From Coniocarpon cinnabarinum (lineage: Eukaryota): DNA of 43,570 nt. Location: NCBI GenBank assembly GCA_051942205.1, contig JAVECO010000074.1, forward strand, positions 62,001-105,570, read 5' to 3'. Position 1 is the stretch's first letter; every line of letters begins with the position of its first letter. Below, in pieces: positions 1 to 10,325 of the stretch. A program made the position numbers and the translations under genes. A model generated the notes under the pieces. It saw only the letters and a program-made list of their open reading frames with translations, was not told where the DNA came from and did no database searches.

Positions 1-180
1 AAGAGCAGCTCGCGCTCGAAGGAGAGTTGCTGCAACTCACCCACGCGGGCGCAATTCCGCACAACGTCAGAATTATCGATTGGCTCGAAACCACGTGATT
101 CTTTCTGAGGACGAGCTGACATATCGTGAGACAGGTAGCTTCGAGCCAGTAATACCCTTTGCAAAGAGCACTCTGTTTAG

Positions 181-2053
181 ATGGCAAAGGGGAAGAGTCA
201 AAAAGCCCACAGAGGCCCCACAGAGCATCTTCAAAGAGAGACTCGAGATGATAGTGCATTACCTGGTCTTTTTGCAAGCAACCGATCCAAGCTTGACCCT
301 ACGCTTTCGTTGCTCTTCTCAGCCAGCGTGAGTCCTCATCTGAGCTTTCAATCGTTTTCAATCGCGGGCAGAAGCTGATATATTGCAGTCTGGCCCCATA
401 GAACTTCCAAAAAAGCGAAGACACCTTTCACCAGAAGCCGGCAGTCCACCTGAAGCTGAGGATCTCCGCGAAGAAAAATCAGAAGACGATCCTGTTGAAG
501 ATGATGGTGAAGAAGTTGAAACCTCAGCGGAAGACGAAGACGAAGACGAAGACGAAGATGAAGAAGTCCACGAAGTGGTGGAAAGTTCGATTTCAAGGAC
601 TCCTCTTGAGAACAACAAACCAGATACTGCTGTTCAACAAGGTTCAGAGGAGCTCCAAGATAACGGCAGAAAACGCAAGCGAAAACGAAATGAGGATAAT
701 CTGGAGGCCTCATACTTCCAAAAGCTTGCAGACGAGGAACGAGAGGACGAGAGAAGGCTTCAGTCGGATAGGCAGACCAAGCAGCAAGCCCTGCAGCAGG
801 ACATTCCGGCAGATGAGCGACATGCGGACTTGCAAGAGGACAACGACGACGACAACAACAACAACAACAACGAAGCTCTTTCGCCTCCGCCACAGCACGA
901 AACTCTAGAGAACGATCCAGCTTCAAAGACACAATCTGAACTTGACAAAGCGGCCCGAACTGTTTTCCTGGCGAATGTGTCCATCACTGCAATTACATCT
1001 GCAAAAGCTCGAAAGGAGCTGTTGGCCCATCTCTCATCCCACTTTTCCACGTCAACGAACACTGATATCCCTCACAAGATCGAGTCGTTTCGTTTCCGCA
1101 GCACCGCCTACTCGTCGGCTTTACCCAAGAAAGCCTCTTTCACGCGCGGCGAGCTCAACGAGGCAACGTCTCACAGCACAAACGCATATTGCGTATACAG
1201 CACCAAAAACGCCGCGCGAGAAGCCGCTCGTCGCCTCAACGGTACGATAGTACTGGGTCGACATTTGCGCGTGGATGAGGTCGCGCACCCTATGAAAACT
1301 GACCACCGCCGCTGCGTATTCGTGGGCAATCTCGGCTTCGTGGACGACGAGACCGAGATGAAAGCTGCTTTGGCCAAATCAGAGCATCCTGAAGACAAGA
1401 AGAAAGCGCAGTTAAAAGCATTGAAGGGCGATGTTGAGGAGGGACTATGGGTCCAGTTCTCGAAGGCAGGTCCGATTGAAAGCGTTCGTGTTGTTCGTGA
1501 CCCACAGACGAGGGTCGGGAAGGGCTTTGCGTATGTGCAATTCAAAGACGAGAACGCTGTCGAGAGTGCGCTCTTGTTCAACGATAAGAAGTTCCCTCAC
1601 ATGCTGCCACGAAAGCTCAGAGTCGTACGGTGCAAGAAGCCCAGTCAGACGGCCTTGGCTCTGGACAAGAACCGAAAACGCACAAAAGAGGTCGAGAAGT
1701 CGGAGAGAGCCGCATCGCGCACGAAACGGCAATCAGCGGCCACTGGTGCGAACAAGATCAAGCCCGATGAGCAAGCACGCCAGGGTCGACTGAAGAAAAT
1801 GCTGGGCAAAGCTGGTGTTGCAGAAATGCGCGCTGCCGATAAAGCTGGCAGAAGCAAGAGCAACGCTGGTGTAAACGGGGCACTGAGACCTGGATCGATG
1901 GTGTTTGAAGGGCATCGTGCGACGAGCAGCGAAGGAAATAGAGGCTTGAAGCTTGGTGCTACGAAGCGTAAGAAAGATAGAGGGCAGGTCAAAAAGCGAA
2001 GTGAGCGTGATAAGAAACGCGCCGCTGCATACAAGACCACGAAGAAAAGCTAA
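181..2053 (+). CDS. NOP12: Nucleolar protein 12, two-RRM pre-rRNA processing factor (~603 aa); exons 181-327, 389-2053
   Basis: ATG at 181 (MAKGKSQK...LDPTLSLLFSAS); GTGAGT..GCTGAT..CAG intron 328-388 joins in frame to ORF 383..2053. Acidic N-terminus, RRM1 (RTVFLANV...AYCVY), RRM2 (CVFVGNL...KGFAYVQF), basic tail with VFEGHRA. Confidence 0.9.
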
Positions 2054-2224
2054 GTCGTGCAATGGTTAGATTGCGGTCTCTGAGGCCGCTTCTCCAGCTC
2101 TGTACGAGAGTGCTCGCCTCCTCAAGACTCCAGCGTGCATCAGCAAATGGGTCTTCCTAGCGTCTATACTTCTTCCTCTAGACGGTACCATCGAACTCGT
2201 CGCCCAACTTAGGACATCACCATT

Positions 2225-2976
2225 TCACCTGCTCGTCCTCCATTCTTCCCGTCTTCTTCTCTCATCCCTCTCCCCTCTTTCGAGATCGTCCCTCTCATTC
2301 CTCCGTCGATAATGCTCCATCACGTGCTCCAAATTCACATTATGACCAGCTGGCACCGCACAAGGCGATCCCGCATTAAACATCTCGGGCATCCGCAAAT
2401 CATGCCAATTCGGATTCGGCGAGTTCAAAAAGAGGTTACGATCTTGTCCAGCCTGTGTGTCGTGCGTCAGTCCCGATTCTTCCACTGCAGTCCACATTCC
2501 CTGCTCTTCTAATTCTCCTCACGGACCTTCTCCTTCTCTGCTCCCCAACTTCCTTCTCAACCTCTGTCCCTGCTTCTCACACCCTAATACACCTGTCCAC
2601 CTTCGCTCATTGGATAGAGGGACAAGGAAAATAAGCCAAAACATACCTGCTCCACCATCCTGGTATGAACCCCACTCCTCCGTGCCCATACCTCCCGCCA
2701 ATCACTATACCGCTCCAACAACTGCGTAATCGGGTTCGCTTCACCGTTCCGCGCGTCACGCGAGATGGCGTACACACCCATGGAGACCGGAACAAGGAGG
2801 ACGACGAAATAGAAGGAGCGGCCGAAGCTTTCGGTGCCGTGGCCGGGGTCGGCGTGGCCGCCGTGAGTCGCGCTGGTGGCTGGAGCGTCGTGGGTCGAAG
2901 CACAGCGACGTTGTGTGATTTGGCGGAAGGCAAATGAGGTGTGTCGAAGCTTGGGTGCGGCGCGTGAGAGCGACAT
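2225..2976 (-). CDS. Mitochondrial NADH:ubiquinone oxidoreductase accessory subunit, 17.8-kDa (nuo17.8/NURM-like); exons 2976-2647, 2452-2225
   Basis: Arg/Ser-rich presequence, His-rich linker, ESFGRSFY followed by one TM helix. GTATGT..CTGAC..CAG intron 2646-2453 joins ...HTRMVEQ to AGQDRNLFLNS...PEMFNAGSPCAVPAGH, a motif set recognised from fungal complex I 17.8-kDa subunits. Confidence 0.75.
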
Positions 2977-3215
2977 GGTCGCTGTTTGGATGCGAAATCG
3001 CCTTCAAGACATGAAGAAGCTTGAGGTCCAGTGTCTATACTCGTCGAGCAACACCGGCTATCATGGCTTGCCTCTAAGGGCAATTGCAGACTACAGCCCA
3101 ATCCATTGCTCCTGAATGATTTTGATCTTCTGTAGAATTTAATTGCTACTTAATTCGTGATGCTACTACATAAAGCTGCACATCCGATCTCATATATGCC
3201 TGACCTTGCTCCTCA

Positions 3216-5889
3216 CTAACATCCATAATGCCACAAGAATACCACAAGCCACATCCACCATAGTGATGGTGCACCAAACAGATCCTTTGCATGCCATCCG
3301 TTATTGTTTGAAGGAGCAGCTGCGACAATGGTACTGTTTGCTGTGTCACCAGGTGGCGCGGTGTTTTGCAAAGTAAACCTGACTGATGCTGGAGGCACAA
3401 CCGTCACCCACGTACCGACGCTCGGTGTGCCGTCTACCAGAACAAATATCATGTATGGCCCTGGCACGGCCACGTTGGCACTGGGTGGCATCGTGACATT
3501 CAATTGCTGGGCTTGGACTCCACTTTGAAAGCCTAACAAGAAGTCAATTATCCTTGGTGCCTAAACTCGCTATCCGTTTTGAGCTCACCTTTACTGTCCA
3601 ACATAGCCATCCGAGCGCCCATATGGAGACTGTGAGTGACGAAGCCACCATGGTAGAGCACGACTGAGGCCGACGTACCGTTCAAATTATCGAGAAACGA
3701 GATCGCAAAGCTGCTACCATTCGGCGCGAGTGACGTGCTAGACAGTGTTACGTTGCTTGGTCTCTGGAGACGTCGGACCCCGATTAGATATGGCGGCGTG
3801 TAAGTCTCGACACGGAACTCGGTAATGTACCTACAGTGGCATCAGTGCTGATCATCAAGCTTTGACGCAGGGCATCCTCACGGGTTCTGTGCAGACGAAA
3901 GAAGCACGGGCTCTTGATTCGGGTTGGATCCCGCGACGGTGATCGTAGCGTCGGAATTAAGCAGGGCGACCGAATGATACATCCTTGGGATCGTAGAATT
4001 GGCATCCGCCGTCCAACGATGGCCTAGAGGTGAGTTACCATCGTAGATGAGTGCTTGAGTAGTTGCGTATTTCCCAAGACCATAGCCTTGTGCTCCCATG
4101 CTGCAACCATTCATCCAGACAACGGTTCCATCTGGCAGCAACGTGCCTTCCACCATCACACGACCTTCTGGCATCGAGTCCATTTCCCACTTCGGATCAT
4201 CTCCCAATGGGGCGATACGGCCACATGAGGCATCTGTGGGCGAGGTTATGTCTTGGTATGCTCCGCCTCCGCAAATGACAATATCAGACGTCCAATTGGT
4301 CGCCCTCGACATTGGCAGCATGACTGAGCCACCGGTATTGGGATACGTTCGGTATTGGCCACTAAGCTCTGGCAATTGTCTCACTGTTTTGTTTGAAGTT
4401 GGTTCGAAGATTTCGGCTGTCTTCGAAACGAAGATAAACAATGATCCGTCCCTGAGCAGGTGAATGAATGGATACATGTAGTAGGGCTGAGCTTTGACAA
4501 GCAGATCCATAGACACAGCTATGCCGTTGCTAATGCCATCAGAGTTGAGCATCTCATATGTGGGATTGTTGTTAGATGCATTGGTGGGATCAAGCCCGGT
4601 CAAGCTCCCTGACGCAACAAATACTGATCTATGGATCACGTCAGTACAAGTTGCCCTATTTAGCACGAAAAACGTACCCATCGTTAAGCGTTTGTACGGA
4701 AGGGTACCAACGAGCAGAGCTTAGCTTGTTACCCGGTTCGCTCCAATCATGCCCATTCAGCGCCGCGTCCACCGGTGACCTTGACAAGTAACGAATGCCA
4801 TTGAAGCCATCTCCCACGGTAGGATCGACATAAGACAGAGGCGCATTCCCACCCACATCCAACAAAGTTCCATTGGCCAAGAAAGCACCACCGGAGCAAA
4901 AGGCGTTCGTCTTGTAAGAGAGCGGCATTGTCTGATTGGTGAAAGGGTCATACTCGGCAGAGTAAGCGTGGCGACCATCAGGAAGCTGGAGTTGAGTGTA
5001 ATTCTCAACCTTGTCTAAGAACACCATCCGATCATTCTGCATCAGCGCAGCATGTTGCGCTGGAACACCAGACATTCCTACAATGTCAAAACGACCCGGA
5101 CTGGTTGCTTGAGGAGCTGGACTTGGTCCTGGTGCTCGTCGCATAGGGGCTTGACTACATGGTCCAGACTGGCACCCTTCGCCGCAATGCGCTGTTCTTT
5201 CAGACCATTAGCACAGTTTCTGTAGAGCTTGTCGGCTTAGCAACGTACGTGTTCCCACAAAAGCCGTACATAGAACAGCATATGCCCGCCTGCTAGGCGC
5301 CGCATACTGTCTCGCCATATCCAGCGCCACAAGTCCCGTTTGTCGTGTTGCCGCCGTTGCCAGCGAAAAGCTTTGGAGTATTCACTGAAGCAATTGTTGG
5401 TGTCATCGTCGCTTCGCCATTTGCAACACTTTGGATATTGGACTCGCTGTCACGCTTCAACATGAAACATGTTGACTCCGCCGGCAGCAGCATCAAGCTT
5501 GTGTCAGATTGTGCCGCATTCTGTATTTCCAAGCGCTTGGGAACATTCTCATCGATGGTAGAAGAATTTGGCATTACGAGCTCTTTCATCGCGGAGCACT
5601 GGCAATCATTTTGTAGTTCACAGTGAACGCACACGTCAGATGTACTGGATTCCGTCACAACAGCTCCATCATTCCTAAGCTCACACGGTCGATATGCACC
5701 ATCATCTCGCTCCCAGAAGCCATTATTCGAGATGCATTGCCCAGTTGGCGTACAATGTTGTCCAGAGAGACAGCCTGACCAGTGTCGTGCTGAAGGCGAG
5801 CAGGTGGGTTGGATCCATTTGAAGATAATGTTAGCAGAAGCAGCAGAGACCAAATGAAGCAAGAAAAGGGCTGAAAGCGTAAGATCCAT
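3216..5889 (-). CDS. Secreted copper radical oxidase (AA5_1, glyoxal oxidase-like) with N-terminal Cys-rich region and hevein/CBM18 chitin-binding domain; 821 codons including one in-frame TAG at 5293-5295; exons 5889-5249, 5196-4678, 4628-3882, 3830-3589, 3532-3216
   Basis: Signal peptide MDLTLSALFLLHLVSAASA; hevein pattern [40 protein letters not shown]; catalytic and Cu-ligand motifs FCSGG, RWYPS, RTYPNTG, RMYHS, GFVTHSLHMG; four canonical short introns; hydrophobic C-terminal tail. Exons sum to 2466 nt (divisible by 3). Confidence 0.88.
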
Positions 5890-6991
5890 GCTTTAAGCCT
5901 GCTGCCTATCTGATTCACGATAAGCCCACATTCATGAATACGAGACGGCGCGGCGAAGAGTGCAAGAGAGAAGACTGAACATGCCCTTTGCTGACGGAGG
6001 ACCGTTGTGCTGGTAACAAAACAAGGCAAGAGCGCTCCCGCCGCAGCTTCCCGTTCTTCATGCTTGGGAGCGGACTGAGTCGGAACGTCCTAACAAGTCA
6101 GCTACCACCTATAATTGCGTGCTCTAGACCACCGAGCTGGAGGCTTGCGACCAAACGTCCGTTATCGGGTCACGCGGGTACGCGATGCTTTCAGAAGCTC
6201 TGCTGGGTCATGAAAACCAAAAAGAATGTCAACAATATCTGTGCGACTTTTGTGACCTATTCATCAAGACAACCTCCCGATCGCGGCTGCGACATAAACG
6301 AGCCTGTCACCTGGCGCCAAACACGATTGCATTTGCCACCAGGCGGATCAAGTCTCGCAACTCTCGGGAAATATGCACCATATACACATCGCTTGAGTCA
6401 TGCACTCCTGTACTCTCATCCCTCGTCGCCACGAGCTAAGGTATGTCTGTACCAGACTCCTAAAATGACGGTGCGCAGCCAGGATTCTCGTAGCCGACTC
6501 TTGTCGAGCATCGACTGGATTGGCCACACATTCTTTCACGCACTGACGGTGGAGCGCGGATGTTCGCCGCAGAGCCCCGATGAAAGGGCAAATGAGCGCT
6601 TGCAAAAGCTCTGCTCTAGTAGCCTAACCGAAAGTCTTATGTAGGCCCGAATGTGGAAGCAATGGAAGGTGGAGAGGAAACTTCTCGGTCTGCATTAAGG
6701 TAGGTTGAGTCATCAAACCCCGGAACGCTGGCCCCCCACGTGCCCCCAAACCCTAAGGCTAAGCCCTAAATACGAGATCTGACGCGCTAAAATGATGATC
6801 GTTTAGGGGCTTTCCCCTTCCCGGTCAGCGGTGCCCCGAATTTCTTACTGAGTGACGTACGATGGTATCTCAAGCGTCGACTACGCCGTATTTATTTAGT
6901 ACGGACGCTCTTCATCAACGCTCTGGCTGGGCGTCTCATGCTTGATCCAAGACCAAGCCATTCTACGTGCAATCCTCAAATCCTCGGTATA

Positions 6992-7655
6992 ATGTTCGCA
7001 ATTCTGGTCCTTGCATATGCGATCCTGCAAAGCTTCCTTGGTGGTGCAGCAGCAGCAACACCTTCACCGCCAACCACATTGAACATCACGGCCATCGCAA
7101 CCAATGATCAGAAAGAATCCATACTGCAATGCTGGCAGCTCGATGCCCCATTCAAAGCTTCTGCCGCCGGTGCGTGCAAGATGCTTCCACATCCCGCTGT
7201 CTTCCACTAACTGCAAGCGCTCCAGCTGGGACCACAGGCGCCGTCTTCGCTCAGCTTGGTCAACTGAACATGACCAGTGTGGGAGTCATCCCTCCGCATT
7301 TTGATGGCGGCCTGCATACAGCTCCTGCTATGCAGTAAGTATTGCATCCTGAGGAGTCTTACTACATGGAGTCGACAAGCTGACTCCTGCTCGTCGAAGA
7401 TATGTCGCCTTTGTCAGTGGTGAAGCCGTCGTCTCTTTAACCAACTCTTCTCAGACAGCAACCATTTATGGTGGCAAGCATGGCCTCATCTTTGCTGCTG
7501 ATACGCCTAACAAGAGTACCCTGGGTCATTACACGACCTATCCCAGCAGTGAAAACACTGTCGCTTTTCAATTGCCCACTTATGCGGACACCGCGCCCGA
7601 CCATTTTGTCCTGCACGACGGTCCGTGCTGCATCGATAACGACCAGAAATTTTGA
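6992..7655 (+). CDS. Small secreted fungal protein (~180 aa, uncharacterised, possibly cupin-like); exons 6992-7169, 7226-7334, 7400-7655
   Basis: Signal peptide MFAILVLAYAILQSFLGGAAAA; motifs LNITAI..SILQCWQL, FDGGLHTAPAMQYVAFVSG, GLIFAADT, GHYTTYPS, HFVLHDGPC; two introns with CTAAC/CTGAC branch sites keep the frame. Confidence 0.8.
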
Positions 7656-7763
7656 ACTTCCTGCCCAGTCGAAACTGGCCTCGCACAGTCCCGAGTCCCC
7701 TGGCACGCTGCAGTCCTGGACTCCCCGTACTTCTGAGCATAACGAGCAGTCAATGACTGTCCC

Positions 7764-9864
7764 TCAGAGTCGTTTCATTCGGTCTTTCGGAAAAGCAAGA
7801 TCCCGGCCTTCCTGGTATGCGTGGTCGAAGTCAAATATTTTGCCCGGATTCAAGAGTAGACATGGGTCTAGCGCTGCTTTGATCGTCTTCATTGTATCAA
7901 CTGTCTCCAGGCCAAGCTCGTCCAACAAAGCTCCCTTCTTGCCGATACCAATGCCATGTTCACCCTAAAAGAACCATCAACACTGATTAAAGATCGAGCT
8001 GATATACTGACGCTACTCACCGTGCAAGTTCCCTCCATGTCGATGGCATTGTTCACCATCGTGTGTACAAACTTCTCTACCTTTTCTCGATCTTTAGGAT
8101 CTTTAGTCTGCCAGCAGATGCTCGTATGAAAGTTTCCGTCGCCGATATGTCCGAGGGCACTTGCGAACAGTCCAAGAGCATCAAGGTCACGTTTGCTGGT
8201 TTCTGACGTACAGGTCAGCTAAGCCATGGCCAAAAACCCAATGGAGCTTACCGATCAAATCTGGCAATCTCGAAAAGGGTACTGCCACGTCTGTACCCCA
8301 TATTTGTTGTCCCTCTTCGTTTCGCATCGCCAGCATGCTCCAGAGCGAATTCTTTCTCGCTTGCCACAGATCTTCCTTCTCCTTCCCATCGAGGGTGAAC
8401 TCAAAGGCCTGAGATTGATTCCGGTTGGAGATGGCGCGGACGAGCTGTATATTATCTTGAACACCCGCCCTGGTCCCCGCAAACCTGCATTGCGTTAATC
8501 TAACATAAGCGTTTCCAGTCAAATCAGCTTACTTGAAAAACATAGTGGGCACTTCTTGCCATTGCTTTGACGTGGCCCCTGCTTGGTTGATCACTCGCAT
8601 CTGCACATCATCCATGATCTCCATCGCAGCGATCGGGATACCGGCACGCATGATGCTAGAAGCTGCTGCGGCTGCGTGCCGAATTGAGGGAAAAGTAACA
8701 ACCGCCACGCTCGTCTCTTGAGGAATGACGGCTAGCTTCAGAGTGATCTCAGTGACCAGGCCAAGGGTGCCCTCTGAACCAACAAAGAGTCCGTTGAGAT
8801 TATATCCGGCCGATGATTTCCTTGTTTGAGTCAGTGTAACGGACTGCTGAAGGCAATGCGACCAGACGGACCTTGGTCGTCTTCTGGTCTTGATACTGGT
8901 ACCATCTGCTAGGACGACTGTAAGGTTCATCACCCAATCTTTCATGGTGCCGTAGCGAACTGCGTTCGTTCCGCTACAGCCAGTGCCTACCATGCCGCCA
9001 ATTTGAGCCTGACTTTTGTAAGCTTTGTCTGTTGCTGCTGCAAGCGGCAGACTTACTGTCGGTCCAGGATCAACAGGGAAGAATAAGCCATGCTCTTTGA
9101 TCTGCTCATTCAACTCCATCCATGGCACGGACGGCTGGACCACGACATCCATACTTGCGATTCATATCAGCTTTGGACTAAGACCGACAAGCTAGCCCAC
9201 ACCTACTCTTCTGGGTGCATTGCGAGAATCTGATCCATGAAGGCAAAGTCAATACTTACACCGCCAAAGGGCGCCGAGAAGTTCGCTTCCAGGCTGCTAC
9301 CTCCCGAAAACGGAACTACAACCCTCAGTAACCGTTCACGATCTACAGCGCATGGAGCAAATCACCCATCGGTATGCGCCGCCTGCTGCATACTTTGGCA
9401 ATCGCGGAAACATCCTCAGTGGACTTCGGATAAGCTACAGCAACAGGCAATCGATCTGCATTGGTTGTTGACCAATCTGAAAATCCATGCCTATGCAGCT
9501 CTTCAGCATCTGTGGTGATGCCGTCCTCGCCTAGTATTGTTCGAAGCTCCGCCACTCCTTTCTCCAGATCACCTTGATCAGCGTAATGATGTTTGGGCAG
9601 GGCCTTTGATAAGTCGCTGGTGTCCCGAGTCCGCTGTCTGCTGTTTACGTATAGAGCGAGCCCGGCGACTGTCAGTGCTCCAATGGATGCCGCCACCATG
9701 TCTCGGCGTTTAAGCCATCCAGTTGGCTGTGCTGCCACCGAAGATGCTGGGGAATGGCTGGCATGTCTTCGAGCTGCAATACCTGACAGCTGGGTACGAG
9801 TACGCAGGACAAAGATTGGTCTGAGCAACACCGAGCATCCACGAAGAGCACTCTTTGTATTCAT
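7764..9864 (-). CDS. DLD1: Mitochondrial D-lactate dehydrogenase (cytochrome), FAD-binding PCMH + FAD-oxidase_C; 8 exons
   Basis: Presequence plus TM segment; motifs PFSGGSSLEAN, FPVDPGP, GCSGTNAVRYGTMKDWV, RKSSAGYNLNGLFVGSEGTLG, GHIGDGNFH, EGTCTGEHGIG, LLNPGKIF. Seven GT-AG introns reconstruct an uninterrupted frame ending at TGA 7764-7766. Confidence 0.88.
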
Positions 9865-10325
9865 ATTGTTGGAGGCTGTCGAGCCATACTACATCTCAGT
9901 GCATCGACAGTTGTACATTTCATAGAAAACTCATACACTGGGAGCAGTGCCTTGATGTATCATGTGATATCACACTTCACAGTTGCTCCCCAATGGCAAC
10001 TCGCTGGCGGAGCTAATCCACTTCCAGAATCTCGGCAAGAAATGAGCCGAGCAATAGCATTAGCACGTGAGAGAGCTCTGAAGTCGTGAAAATCGCTGCC
10101 TTCTGTATCTTTCACTCATGTCAATTTCAGCAGCCGGCGTTTCAGGGCGTTATCTTTGCTTAGTTCCATCCTCGATCGTGGGGGACATAAAGGGCCTGTG
10201 AAGCACAAGGCCACCTCCCGTTAAACCTCCGCTGCGTTCGCATCCGATCTTTCACATCCTCCACTTTTCGTCCTTCGCGTGCACCTAGACAACCTGCAGT
10301 CAAACCCAGCTTCCGCTCCGCCGTA

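Noticed and set aside
531..871. (GAAGAC)n and (AAC)7 repeats
   Set aside because: Coding microsatellites for the Glu/Asp and Asn runs of Nop12; ordinary.
5293..5307. 15-nt GTATGC...TAG micro-intron that would remove the premature stop
   Set aside because: Far shorter than every other intron here (48 nt or more), has no branch site, and would delete a hevein cysteine.
3216..5889. Copper radical oxidase as a RIP-killed pseudogene (TGG>TAG is a RIP-type change)
   Set aside because: No other stop or frameshift, normal CpA/TpG content, and ~35 kb from the AT-rich block. A single recent null mutation remains possible.
5988..6644. 218-aa + ORF in the divergent promoter region
   Set aside because: Non-ATG start, no motifs, and composition typical of non-coding translation.
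6748..6812. Telomere-like CCCTAA/TTAGGG motifs forming a short imperfect inverted pair
   Set aside because: Only three non-tandem hexamers; no support for an interstitial telomere or a telomerase RNA template. At most promoter elements.
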